From the NCBI RefSeq assembly GCF_036323395.1, contig NZ_AP028907.1:1200001-1232000 (forward strand): a stretch of DNA of 32,000 nucleotides, given 5' to 3'. The notes under the pieces are model-generated. The model was not told where the DNA came from. It did no database searches and was given only the letters and a program-made list of their open reading frames with translations. The position numbers were made by a program, and so were the translations under genes. Positions 14,695 to 23,408 of the stretch are shown here, piece by piece (within the stretch, counting starts at the first letter, position 1; every line of letters begins with the position of its first letter). Origin of the DNA: Pyrodictium abyssi. GTDB lineage: Archaea; Thermoproteota; Thermoprotei_A; Sulfolobales; Pyrodictiaceae.

Positions 14695-15501
14695 TTATGT
14701 AGTGTTAAAGATATCCTTGTGGGACTGGCTCATACTCCTGGAAAGCATGGCTGCGAATTCAGCTATGTATCTTAGGACTGAGTCGGTGGCGCTATCTGTG
14801 GTCTTTTTGCTGAGACCTCCTATAGCGAGGCTATCGCTAACTACTAGAGCTACAACAGTCCTTATGCCCAATAGGCTGGCGATAGTATAGAGTGTTGCTG
14901 TCTCACATTCTACGCAGAGGATCGGCTTGTCGGCCCACTCCCTGAGCAGCTTGTTCTCAGTCATATGGCTTGATGTTGTGTAGACTAGTCCCAGTGTTGC
15001 CTCTAGGCCTCTCCGGCGGAGGAAATTATGCAGCTCTACAGCTAGCACGGGATCTGCTACTGCGGGAAACCGGGGGTTCACGTAGTTCTCAGAGGCTCCG
15101 TCGCCACGTACAGCCGCGTAGGCGACTACGACGCTGCCTAGGCCGAGCTGCTCCTTCAGTGCTCCGCACCAGCCTAGCCCTAGAATGTACTCTGCTCTCG
15201 CTGCACACGCAAGGGCTAGGAGAACCTCCACGTAGTGTGGCCCGCCCGCCAGGGCTACGAAGGATACGGGCAGCCTTCTGTGCCTCCATACGCGTATTGT
15301 GTGGAGCGTATTGTCTAGCTTCTCAACATCCCTGCCGAGGACTTTCTCGACTCTCTGGAACCCGCCGCCGAGCAGAGGGACTATGACCTTGCCCAGGACC
15401 GAGGGGTCTCTACCGCCTAGGCTTGATCGAACCCAGTTCTCAACCCAGTAGCGCGGGGAGTCGAGCACCCGGAAACATTGCTCCGGAACGAGTGGGCTCA
15501 T
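14695..15501 (-). CDS. Nucleoside phosphorylase family protein (PNP/UDP phosphorylase fold)
   Basis: 268 aa with segments typical of family-1 nucleoside phosphorylases: GGPHYVEVLLALA, LGLGWCGAL, VRGDGASENY, VECETATLYTIASLLGI. Confidence 0.6.
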   Translation of the reverse strand: MSPLVPEQCFRVLDSPRYWVENWVRSSLGGRDPSVLGKVIVPLLGGGFQRVEKVLGRDVEKLDNTLHTIRVWRHRRLPVSFVALAGGPHYVEVLLALACAARAEYILGLGWCGALKEQLGLGSVVVAYAAVRGDGASENYVNPRFPAVADPVLAVELHNFLRRRGLEATLGLVYTTSSHMTENKLLREWADKPILCVECETATLYTIASLLGIRTVVALVVSDSLAIGGLSKKTTDSATDSVLRYIAEFAAMLSRSMSQSHKDIFNTT

Positions 15502-15620
15502 AGAATGCCCCGTACCCCTAGTGCCGGGGCATCGTCTACGCTATGTGCTTTACGTGGCATAGCCCTCTATGCTGCCTATAGCGCCTCCTGCCTGGCCGAG
15601 TATAGGCTAAAGTGCAACCG

Positions 15621-17135
15621 TTACCCGGGGCCGTTGCTCTTGCTGTTGGTGAGGCTTATCAGGCCTAGGGCTGCCTTCTGCTTGCACTCCGTGCATAGGT
15701 AGAGCCTCTCTATGGCCGCCTCGGGGGCCCCTGCGCTGCGTAGCCGTGCCTCCACGGTCTTTATCATCCTTAGCGGGCCTATGGGCTTGCCGCAGACCCG
15801 GCAGCGGGCCACCTCCTCCCTGTGCAGGACTACGCTGTCCCCTGCGAGGAGAGCCGGGTCCACGGCGTGGCTCACAGTGATGGCGTCCTCGGGGCATGCT
15901 TCGACGCATAGCCTGCAGGGGGCGCAGCGGTCTGGGTGGAAGACTAGCCTGGAGCCCTCCTCTGTCTCTACCAGCTCTAGGGCCGATGTGGGGCAGGTGT
16001 ATGCGCAGGCGCCGCATAGGGTGCACCGTCCCGGGTCCACCGCTGCTACGCCGAGCAGGGGGGTTCTGGTCTCGACCCGTGCGCTGGGCGGCTTGGCTTT
16101 GAGTGTCTCTACTGCTGCCCGCCAGGCGTGCTTCGCCCTGGGGCCGATGGGCTCCAGGCCTGGTGCTGTCTCTAGCGCTTTGCGTAGCTCGCTCGGCGAG
16201 GGGGCGAAGACCAGCTTTACCCCGGTGAGCCGCGCGTAGTCGCCGACGACCGTCTCCAGGTACTTCTCGAAGGCTTCTACGCCGCAGCTCTTCACCGTGC
16301 TGCTGCTGCACGCGTAGACGGGTACGAGGCCGGAGCCGAGGGCTGCTAGGAGGAGACGGAGCCCAGCCTGCCCGGGGCACGTCACGGGCAGGAGCACTGC
16401 GCGGGCCGCGGGGCTGGCCCCCCGTAGAGCGTCTATCATCTCGGCCGCGTCGCTGCGGCATATGAGCACGAGGTAGCCGGGGCCCTGGGCCCCTAGTAGC
16501 CCTAGGTACTTCCACGCCGGGTCGTCGCCCGCCGCTGCGTGCTCGAGTATGCCTACGGGGCAGGCGCTCGTGCAGAGCCCGCAGCCCGTACACCGGTACG
16601 GGTCGGGCTGCGGTGGCTTGCCCTCTAGGGCGCTGTAGGGGCATGCCTCGATGCATAGTCTGCAGCCCGTGAGCCTGCTGCACGCGCTGGGCTCGGTCAC
16701 GAGGGGCGTGTCTACTGCCTGGAAGACGGCTGCAGGGCCGCTGCGTAGGAGGTCGCGCCTGGCGAGCCTCTTGCCAGCCGAGGCGCGTAGCCCGGCCTGG
16801 TCTGGCCGCAGCCACTCCATGAGCGATGCGCGGGCGGCTACCGCTGCCTCCAGTGTGGTGCCTGCTAGCTGGGCCTCTAGCGCGTCGAGGCCCCAGACGA
16901 GTAGGCTATTGCCTCCGCTCCGGTCGAGCCTGCCCCAGGCCTCCCTAGCCGCCTTCCAGGCGCCCTGGCCCACTATGAGGGCCCTCTTGCCCTCCTCGGC
17001 TGCCTGGACGGCCTTCTCGACCGCGTCGTCTAGGCTGCTGGCGCTGGCCGCGCCGGCTACACTGGCTCCGGGGAGCGCTATCACCAGGGTCAAGGGGCGC
17101 GGTCTCCTCCCTAGGGGTGTGCGCCGGGTAGGCAT
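15621..17135 (-). CDS. Multi-[4Fe-4S] ferredoxin-domain protein with an MvhD/FlpD-like central domain
   Basis: It has four CxxCxxCxxxCP-type motifs: CSRLTGCRLCIEACP, CTGCGLCTSACP, CTLCGACAYTCP and CAPCRLCVEACP. Between them, LVLICRSDAAE...LLPVTCPGQAGLRLLLAALGSGLVPVYACSSS resembles the methyl-viologen-hydrogenase delta-subunit fold. The C-terminus carries a CxxC...CxxC pair. Confidence 0.8.
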   Translation of the reverse strand: MPTRRTPLGRRPRPLTLVIALPGASVAGAASASSLDDAVEKAVQAAEEGKRALIVGQGAWKAAREAWGRLDRSGGNSLLVWGLDALEAQLAGTTLEAAVAARASLMEWLRPDQAGLRASAGKRLARRDLLRSGPAAVFQAVDTPLVTEPSACSRLTGCRLCIEACPYSALEGKPPQPDPYRCTGCGLCTSACPVGILEHAAAGDDPAWKYLGLLGAQGPGYLVLICRSDAAEMIDALRGASPAARAVLLPVTCPGQAGLRLLLAALGSGLVPVYACSSSTVKSCGVEAFEKYLETVVGDYARLTGVKLVFAPSPSELRKALETAPGLEPIGPRAKHAWRAAVETLKAKPPSARVETRTPLLGVAAVDPGRCTLCGACAYTCPTSALELVETEEGSRLVFHPDRCAPCRLCVEACPEDAITVSHAVDPALLAGDSVVLHREEVARCRVCGKPIGPLRMIKTVEARLRSAGAPEAAIERLYLCTECKQKAALGLISLTNSKSNGPG

Positions 17136-17348
17136 TCCAGGTGCTGCTGAGGGTTATAACATGGCCTACGGGCTGGTGCCGGGGCTATAGCTGCTGCTGT
17201 GCCACTGCTTCTGCCTGGTATCCGTATCGCATGCTTATTGGTAAGACTATCGACAAGACAATTACTATTATTGATAGATGTTAAGCATTAAGGATAAATT
17301 GTTCGCGCAGTGTTAGTGTAGCCTACTAGCCTGGAGGGATGTAGACAC

Positions 17349-17906
17349 ATGACCCCGGGCGCGGGGAAACCAGGGTATGATGTCAGGCTGCTAGTGGAGA
17401 ACGCTATACTGATAGACCGGGACATAATACTGGACCTCTACACCGGCTTCGAGAAGGTCCTCCGGTTCGTGGGCGGCCTCCTCTACACGGCGTCGAAGAG
17501 GGCGGGCAAGCTCACCGCCGAGAGGATGGAGAAGAGGGGAGTGCTCAGTAGGGAGAACGCGCTGGACCTGCTCTTCTGGAGCTTCACAGCCGCGGGCTAC
17601 GCGGAGAGGGTCGAGATAGCGGACGTGAGGCTGGGCAGGAAGGATACCGAGATAGAGATACGGGTCACGGGCGCGCTGCTCGGGTCGAGGCTGAAGGGGA
17701 GGAAGAGGCCCGTAGACCAGCCGCTAGCCGGCTACGTGGCTGGCTGGCTCGAGCACGTCTACGGCCTCCGGGTGGACGCGCGTGAGACTAGCTGCGCCGC
17801 CAAGGGCGACGGGAGCTGCGTCTTCACCGTCAGGATACACGGCCGGGTCGATGAGCTCGCCGGTGCCGTGGGCAAGGTATACCAGCGGGAGGCGCAGCAG
17901 TCATAG
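17349..17906 (+). CDS. V4R-domain protein (4-vinyl-reductase-like small-molecule-binding domain)
   Basis: 185 aa, with GGAGGG about 10 nt before ATG 17349. The C-terminal SCAAKGDGSCVFTV matches the V4R C...G...C.F signature. Confidence 0.6.
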   Translation: MTPGAGKPGYDVRLLVENAILIDRDIILDLYTGFEKVLRFVGGLLYTASKRAGKLTAERMEKRGVLSRENALDLLFWSFTAAGYAERVEIADVRLGRKDTEIEIRVTGALLGSRLKGRKRPVDQPLAGYVAGWLEHVYGLRVDARETSCAAKGDGSCVFTVRIHGRVDELAGAVGKVYQREAQQS

Positions 17907-18662
17907 GCTCATGGCCAGCCCGTCTACGGGGACGACGACTCCCTGGGGGAGCTTCCCCGCCCGGGCCCGTTCCCTCAGCTCCTTGAGGCTCTCGCGGGTA
18001 AGGTGTATCGTCACCAGCGTGGAGCCGCTCCTTATGACTCCCCGGTAGGCTAGCACTTGCTCCACAGTGTGGTGCCCAGACTCCTGCGCGACCTCGGCCA
18101 GGCTGCTCGGAATGGTGGTCTCCACCGCCGCCACGGCCGCGCGCTTCACGGCATCCTCCACGGTCTCTGTTGGCGCCGTATCGCCGCTGTAGTAGAGCAC
18201 TGGCTCCCCGTCCCAGTAGACCAGGGCGCCGTAGCTCGTGACCGCGTGGCGGCCCTCCACAGGCTCTACCTCGAGCCTGGCACCGGGGCTCCAGCGCCTC
18301 CGCGGCTCTATCCCGATTAGGCTGCTGCACTGCTCCCGGTAGACACGGGGGAGCCTGGGGAGGAGCGCCTCCAGGGCCTCGCCCGCCACCGGCGACGCGG
18401 CCACGATGCGTGGTGGCCTGCACTGCTCGGCTGCAGAGTAGACTGCTATGTCGAATAGCCCGGCCCAGTGGTCGATGTGCAGGTGTGTTATGTAGACGTA
18501 GTCTATCTCGCAGACGCTGTAGCCTGCCTCCTGGAGCCTCTGGCCGCAGCCTGGCCCGGCGTCGAGCACTATGCGTGCGTCCCCGGTGTCTACTAGTATG
18601 CAGTTCTCGGCCCGTCCCGGCGGCGCGCCCGAGCCGCCCGTGCCCAGGAAGACGACGTACAT
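17901..18662 (-). CDS. MBL-fold metallo-hydrolase
   Basis: MYVVFLGTGGSG...ENCILVD followed by YITHLHIDHWAGL (the HxHxDH motif). Confidence 0.8.
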   Translation of the reverse strand: MYVVFLGTGGSGAPPGRAENCILVDTGDARIVLDAGPGCGQRLQEAGYSVCEIDYVYITHLHIDHWAGLFDIAVYSAAEQCRPPRIVAASPVAGEALEALLPRLPRVYREQCSSLIGIEPRRRWSPGARLEVEPVEGRHAVTSYGALVYWDGEPVLYYSGDTAPTETVEDAVKRAAVAAVETTIPSSLAEVAQESGHHTVEQVLAYRGVIRSGSTLVTIHLTRESLKELRERARAGKLPQGVVVPVDGLAMSL

Positions 18663-18818
18663 GGCGCGCTAGCCCACATAGATGGCATCCCGGCGGGCCC
18701 TCGGATATTTAGCGTAGCCCCTGGCGCGGCGCCCCGCGTTATTAGCCCCTGACCAAGCCATGCTAGCCTGGCTGCTTCCACAGAGGAGCCAGAACACCAG
18801 GCTTGAGGGTGGCATGGC

Positions 18819-19610
18819 TTGGCGCTGACGGGCCTGCTGGACCTACAGCAGCTGAGCCCGCTGGAAGCCGCGCTCGCTATGAGCCTGTTCGCGGCCGCCA
18901 TGACGAGCCTCGGCGGGCTCGCTGCCCTCCCCCTGGGGAGGCGGAGGCTCGACCCCCGGGTGCTGGACGCGGGCCTCGGGTTCAGCAGCGGCGTGATGAC
19001 GGTGGCTAGCTTTACGAGCCTGCTCCTCCCGGCCATAGAGGCTGCTGGCCAGCCCTGGACGCCCCTGCTAGGCTTCGCGGCTGGCGCGGCCACGATAGCT
19101 GTTGTCCACCGGCTTCTGCCGCACGAGCACGTGCTCCTCGACCGCTACGAGGGCCCAGAGTGGGGCCGGAGGAAGCTCCGCGCAGCGTGGCTGGTGGCTG
19201 TGGCGATACTCATCCACAACCTGCCGGAGGGTATGGCTATCGGCGCCTCGTCGGCATACAGCGTCGAGAAGGGCGTGGCCACGGGGCTCGCCATAGCGCT
19301 GCAGGATGTGCCAGAGGGCCTAGCAGTAGCCATGCCTGTTCTCCTCGCCTCTGGGAGCCGGCTGGCCGCGCTGGGCATCAGCGTGCTCAGCGGCCTATGC
19401 GAGGTAGCCACAGCAGTCCCTACCGTCCTGCTGGGCGAGGCTGCTGCAGCGCACCTACCGGTGATACTCGGCTTCGGGGCTGGCGCCATGGTCTACGTGG
19501 TCAGCCACGAGGCGCTGCCGGAGAGCCACCGGAGCGGGCACGAGAACCTAGCCACGCTAGGCTACTTCCTCGGCTTCGCCGTGATGCTGATACTGGACAC
19601 CACGCTCTAG
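18819..19610 (+). CDS. ZIP-family divalent-metal transporter
   Basis: TTG start and multiple TM helices. The ZIP signatures HNLPEGMAIG and LQDVPEGLAVA are present. Confidence 0.8.
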   Translation: MALTGLLDLQQLSPLEAALAMSLFAAAMTSLGGLAALPLGRRRLDPRVLDAGLGFSSGVMTVASFTSLLLPAIEAAGQPWTPLLGFAAGAATIAVVHRLLPHEHVLLDRYEGPEWGRRKLRAAWLVAVAILIHNLPEGMAIGASSAYSVEKGVATGLAIALQDVPEGLAVAMPVLLASGSRLAALGISVLSGLCEVATAVPTVLLGEAAAAHLPVILGFGAGAMVYVVSHEALPESHRSGHENLATLGYFLGFAVMLILDTTL

Positions 19611-19678
19611 CCGCCAAGGCCCGTTCGCGATCGGGATAAGAGGCTGCACATCCCACCCTCTGCTGTGGGGTAGCCGGC

Positions 19679-19903
19679 TTGCCCACCGTGGTTCTCGACC
19701 AGAAGGGCCGCATAACCATCCCCTCCGAGGTGAGGAGCCGGCTGGGGCTAAAGCCTGGCTCCAGGCTCGAGCTCGTGCTCGAGGGCGACAGGATAGTGCT
19801 CCGCCCAGCACGGAGGCTACGGGCACGCGACCTACTAGGCATCGCCGGCCAAGAGGAAGTGGAGCTGGAGGATGTAGAGTGCGCTCTAGGGGAGACTAGT
19901 TGA
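19679..19903 (+). CDS. vapB: AbrB/SpoVT-fold antitoxin (VapB)
   Basis: VVLDQKGRITIPSEVRSRLGLKPGSRLELVLEGDRIVLRP. The stop overlaps the next gene's TTG start in the sequence TTGA. Confidence 0.8.
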   Translation: MPTVVLDQKGRITIPSEVRSRLGLKPGSRLELVLEGDRIVLRPARRLRARDLLGIAGQEEVELEDVECALGETS

Positions 19904-20313
19904 GCCCAAGGAGGTTTATAGACTCGAACGTGTTCGTGTACGTGCTGTCGGCTGACCCCCGGTTCTCTACCCACGCGCTCGCCGTGCTCGAGGACGCCGA
20001 GAACGGGGCATACGAGGCCTATACCTCGACCCTCGTCGTGTCCCAGGTGCTGGCGCACCTCGAGCGCCGGAGGAGACGGAGAGCCCTCACAGCCTTCCTC
20101 GAGTACCTTGAGGAGTCCCCGATAAAGGTCGTTGAGACCACCATGGAGGACTACCTGGAGGCGCGCCGCCTAGCCGAGAAGGCGGGCCTAGAGTTCCCGA
20201 GCATGTGGGACGACCTCGTCATAGCCGCTCAGATGAAGCGGTTAGGGATAAGCGAGGTGTACTCTAACGACCGGGATTTCGACCGAATACCCGGTGTGCG
20301 GAGGCTCTTCTAG
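19900..20313 (+). CDS. vapC: PIN-domain toxin (VapC)
   Basis: FIDSNVFVY (first acidic residue) and a C-terminal SNDRDFDRI. It overlaps the vapB stop by 4 nt. Confidence 0.8.
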   Translation: MSPRRFIDSNVFVYVLSADPRFSTHALAVLEDAENGAYEAYTSTLVVSQVLAHLERRRRRRALTAFLEYLEESPIKVVETTMEDYLEARRLAEKAGLEFPSMWDDLVIAAQMKRLGISEVYSNDRDFDRIPGVRRLF

Positions 20314-20377
20314 GAGGCATGGCCCCGGTATTCTTAATTCGCTGCACGGGGCGGGCTGAATGCCCTCCTGGGAGTAG

Positions 20378-21094
20378 GTGGCGGAGTTGAACCGGGTTGA
20401 CGAGCTACGGCTACGCCTCGAGGCTGTCGAGCTGCTCCGGCTGCTCCGCCGCTGGTGGAGCCTCCGAGAGCTAGAGGAGATAACCGGGCTCCCGCGGGGC
20501 GTGCTCGCCCACTACGTCTCCGGGAACCGTGTGCCGAGCGGGGGCCAGGCCCGGCTCATAGTCGAGCGTGTCCTCGAGAGGCTCCCGCCGAGCAGGCTCC
20601 TAGGCGAGAAGGTGCGCGGCCAGCAGGGGATGCTAGACCTCCAGGAGCTGGTGCTGGACCCCCTCGTGCTGCGGCTCGCCTCGCTCTGGGCTTCAAGGCG
20701 CTACCGGGGCCGCGTCACCAAGGTCCTGGCGGCCGAGACGGCCGGCGTACCCCTGGCCACGGCTATAGCGCTCAGCCTCGACGCCGACCTGGTGCTAGCC
20801 CGGAGGAGCCGGGAGAACCCCTACCGGGACTACCTCCGCGGCGAGGCCGGAGAGCCACCGTTCAACGTCAAGGTGTTCTACGTCACCGCGGGGAGCCTCG
20901 AAAAGAGCGACCAGGTCCTCCTCGTAGACGACCTCGCCCGCAGCGGCGCGACCCTCGAGGCGCTCGCCAAGATAGTCCACGCAGCCGGCGCCGAGCCCGT
21001 GGCGGCGATGGTCCTTATCGCGTTGGGCGGGGAGTGGCGCCGGCGCCTAGCCGCGCTGGTCCCCGAGGCGGTAGCGCTCCTGGAGCTAGGCTAG
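20378..21094 (+). CDS. HTH plus phosphoribosyltransferase-domain protein (PurR/GfcR-like architecture)
   Basis: The N-terminus has an HTH-like LRELEEITGLPRGVLAHYVSGNRVPS. The C-terminus has the PRPP-binding loop VLLVDDLARSGATLEAL. Confidence 0.65.
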   Translation: MAELNRVDELRLRLEAVELLRLLRRWWSLRELEEITGLPRGVLAHYVSGNRVPSGGQARLIVERVLERLPPSRLLGEKVRGQQGMLDLQELVLDPLVLRLASLWASRRYRGRVTKVLAAETAGVPLATAIALSLDADLVLARRSRENPYRDYLRGEAGEPPFNVKVFYVTAGSLEKSDQVLLVDDLARSGATLEALAKIVHAAGAEPVAAMVLIALGGEWRRRLAALVPEAVALLELG

Positions 21095-21119
21095 CCCCGC
21101 GAGCCACCCCGGGCCAGCC

Positions 21120-21341
21120 TCAGCTCCGCCAGCCACTCGGGGCCTCAGCAGCCAGCACCGCTATGAGCACAGCCGCCAGGGCCAGCCTCACCCAGCCGGC
21201 GAGCGGGCACACCCCTACGAGGCTGCAGGCCGGAAGGGTCCACACGGCGAGGAGCCAGTAGACGAGGCTCCGCCGAGCCCCGCTACACCCCCTCACGCAC
21301 CCGGGCAGCACAGCCGCGAGAGCCGCGTCCACTGCGAGCAA
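21120..21341 (-). CDS. Possible small membrane protein (uncertain)
   Basis: 73-aa hydrophobic ORF from a TTG start. It overlaps the next ORF by 49 nt in another frame, so the two may be one frameshifted gene or not genes at all. Confidence 0.2.
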   Translation of the reverse strand: MLAVDAALAAVLPGCVRGCSGARRSLVYWLLAVWTLPACSLVGVCPLAGWVRLALAAVLIAVLAAEAPSGWRS

Positions 21342-21583
21342 GCCAGCAGCACCGCCACGGGGTAGGAGCCCGCCCCGCTGCCTGCCCCCATTGCGAGCAG
21401 GAGGAGTAGGCAGGCCGAGAGAGCGATAGCCGCCAGGCCCAGAGCTACAGCGAGCAAGCCGGCAGCCCTAGAGCCGGGCACAGCCCACACCCCTCGGGGC
21501 GCTTGACAGGTTGCCCTGGGACCCGGCGCAGGAAGCCGCCCACCACAGCCAAGGCGTAGCCCTGCTCCGCCAGGGCCTCTCAA
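21293..21583 (-). CDS. Possible small membrane protein (uncertain)
   Basis: 96-aa ORF. Only the C-terminal half (AAGLLAVALGLAAIALSACLLLLLAMGAG) looks membrane-like. The N-terminal part is Arg/Gly/Pro-rich. Confidence 0.2.
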   Translation of the reverse strand: MRGPGGAGLRLGCGGRLPAPGPRATCQAPRGVWAVPGSRAAGLLAVALGLAAIALSACLLLLLAMGAGSGAGSYPVAVLLACSQWTRLSRLCCPGA

Positions 21584-21797
21584 CCGTGTGGCTGTCTACG
21601 AACCCACCGCACCGGTGACTAGGACCATCAAGGCGGCGTACCGCTGACTTGCTCACCGGGCCTCCTCTACGCCCCCTGGTTCCCTCGGGGCTGCCCCAGC
21701 TACCGCCGCTAACGGGGTTACGTAGCCCGTAAGCCCTGGCTCTCCCGAGAGGCAGCGGGCCCGGGGCAACAGGGGCTGCTGGCTCCTCTTCCCCAGG

Positions 21798-22244
21798 TCA
21801 TGTGTAGGCGTGGCCCGTGTGCCGGGTGGTGCCCGTTCTCCGGGGTTTCTGTTGTTCCTCTGCTGGCTGCTTGGTGCTGCCTGGCTCTCCGAGTAGCACC
21901 TCCTTGACGTGTTCTAGGAATGCTTCTAGGCTCGGGTCTTCTAGGGGTCTTACCTCTCCTCCTACGTGCCGGTGGTGCGGGTGGGTCTCCACCTCTGGGT
22001 GGTGCGGGGCGTTATCCCATCCCTCTATGGTTTCTCCGCTCTGGCTGAGCCAGTAGTAACTGTAGGCTATCACCTTGTCGCCCCGGCGGATCTGGCGTAG
22101 GTGGAGCTTTGAGCCGTCTACTAGTGCTGCTGTGGCCTTTTCCACTACTATGTCTCCCCTTACGGTGAGTTCAAGCTTCTCTAGCCTCGCTACTATGCCC
22201 CGGTACCTCTCCAAGAGCTTTTCTAAGTAGCTGGCGTAGCTCAC
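21798..22244 (-). CDS. TumE-like (DUF6516) toxin-family protein
   Basis: YSYYWLSQSGETIEGWDNAPHHPEVETHPHHRH matches the conserved (W/Y)DNAPHHP....PHH(K/R)H core of that family. GTG start at 22244, with GTG 22145 as an alternative. Confidence 0.65.
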   Translation of the reverse strand: MSYASYLEKLLERYRGIVARLEKLELTVRGDIVVEKATAALVDGSKLHLRQIRRGDKVIAYSYYWLSQSGETIEGWDNAPHHPEVETHPHHRHVGGEVRPLEDPSLEAFLEHVKEVLLGEPGSTKQPAEEQQKPRRTGTTRHTGHAYT

Positions 22245-22512
22245 CTATCTCCTCCTCTAGGCTCTTCCTGGCCTCGTGGAGGAACTTCCACTCGATCCAG
22301 GCCTCGTGCGCCTCAAAGCTATCATCCATGGCTTTCTCGAACTCCTCCAGGTCCATGCCGTGCCTCCTGCGTAGCTTTTCCAGCTCGGCTTCGACCTCGC
22401 GTAGCTCCCTCTCGGCCTCGGCTAGGCGCCTCCGGATAGCCTCGACCAGGGATGAGCGTAGGAGGCCCGGGTACCTCCGCTGCAGCTCCTCGGCAACAGC
22501 GCCTAGAGACAC
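22171..22512 (-). CDS. Coiled-coil hypothetical protein, putative partner of the TumE-like gene
   Basis: 113 aa, highly charged and helical (RRRLAEAERELREVEAELEKLRRRHGMDLEEFEKAM...). It lies directly upstream of the TumE-like gene and overlaps it by 74 nt. Confidence 0.55.
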   Translation of the reverse strand: MSLGAVAEELQRRYPGLLRSSLVEAIRRRLAEAERELREVEAELEKLRRRHGMDLEEFEKAMDDSFEAHEAWIEWKFLHEARKSLEEEIGELRQLLRKALGEVPGHSSEAREA

Positions 22513-22552
22513 GGTGTCCTGCCCCCGGGTGCCTGGATGGGGATACGCGCCC

Positions 22553-22568
22553 TACTGTATATACAGTA
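22553..22568. promoter_or_regulatory. Perfect 16-nt palindrome containing a TATA-like core, a candidate promoter/operator of the TumE-like operon
   Basis: TACTGTAT|ATACAGTA sits 41-56 nt upstream of the start at 22512 (minus strand). Confidence 0.4.
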
Positions 22569-22939
22569 TGGCATTCGTATAACCTTATGGCTCCGTACCG
22601 TTCTAGGCAGACCTCTGTCTTCTAGGTGAGGGCTTCGGCGCGTTCATCCGCTGCCCCGTGGACAATCTGTGCGAACTCGTCTTCGTGTACCCCCGGTCTC
22701 GTCCACGTGCAGCCCCGGGGGGCTCCGAGAGTGGCTGAGAGGCTCTCGAGGCAGCCCGCGGAGAGGTTACCAATGCCGACCATCGTGTTGCCTTGTTCTC
22801 GCAGCCTGCTGGCCAAGCTGGCTGCATGTGAACCCCGCCGCGCCAGCGGCCACGGCCATCAAGGGGGCCGGGGCTCTGTACCCGGCCCTAGGGGTCTCTT
22901 CCCCATCAGGCTTCTCCCCGGCGCGTTGGCCCAGGGCTC

Positions 22940-23341
22940 CTAGAGTAGGCCCCTCTCCCGCCTTCTCCTCAGCTCCTGCTCCCGGTACCAGGCCAGCAGC
23001 CCAACACTGGCGTACAGCGCCACCACGCCAACGAGGGCCGGCACCAGCGGTGTGTACGGGACCACATCCCGCTCGACGAGATACCTATACACCCTGTACA
23101 CAATGGTAGCCCCGAGGAAGTACATCACACTGCAGTGTACGCGGCTACCTCTCCTACACTTCATGAACGCGTCACGCCAACCGAAGAGGAAGAGCAGCGT
23201 CGTAACTACGTAGCTAATGTTGCTATCGATGGAGAGCACTACGGAGGCATAGAATCCGGCGCCCAGGGCCACTCCGCGACACCATCTGCGTCCAGGCCGC
23301 GCACTGTGAGCCGGCCCTCTACGCATCTCTGCGGCAGGCAT
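22940..23341 (-). CDS. Hypothetical membrane protein
   Basis: The maximal ORF reaches 23566, but its N-terminal part is Arg/Pro/Cys-rich and overlaps the upstream gene. The convincing part is FYASVVLSIDSNISYVVTTLLFLFGW...VMYFLGATIVYRVYRYL...LVPALVGVVALYASVGLLAWY. Candidate starts are ATG 23341, ATG 23326 and GTG 23272. Confidence 0.45.
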   Translation of the reverse strand: MPAAEMRRGPAHSARPGRRWCRGVALGAGFYASVVLSIDSNISYVVTTLLFLFGWRDAFMKCRRGSRVHCSVMYFLGATIVYRVYRYLVERDVVPYTPLVPALVGVVALYASVGLLAWYREQELRRRRERGLL

Positions 23342-23408
23342 CCAGCACCCGTCTATATGGCCTACGCAGCTACGGCACAGGCCCCCGGGGCCCACTCGCG
23401 GCTGCAGC

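Noticed and set aside
15607-16815. 402-aa minus-strand ORF overlapping the Fe-S protein gene in another frame
   Set aside because: Its composition is extremely Arg/Pro/Gly-rich with no motifs. It is a typical shadow ORF of stop-poor high-GC DNA. The overlapping 504-aa frame has four clean ferredoxin motifs.
22603-22943. Several 64-146-aa ORFs on both strands between the TumE-like operon promoter and the membrane-gene cluster
   Set aside because: All are Arg/Pro/Ala/Cys-rich with no motifs. The segment ...GVHEDEFAQIVHGAADERAEALT may be a gene remnant, but I cannot support any call.
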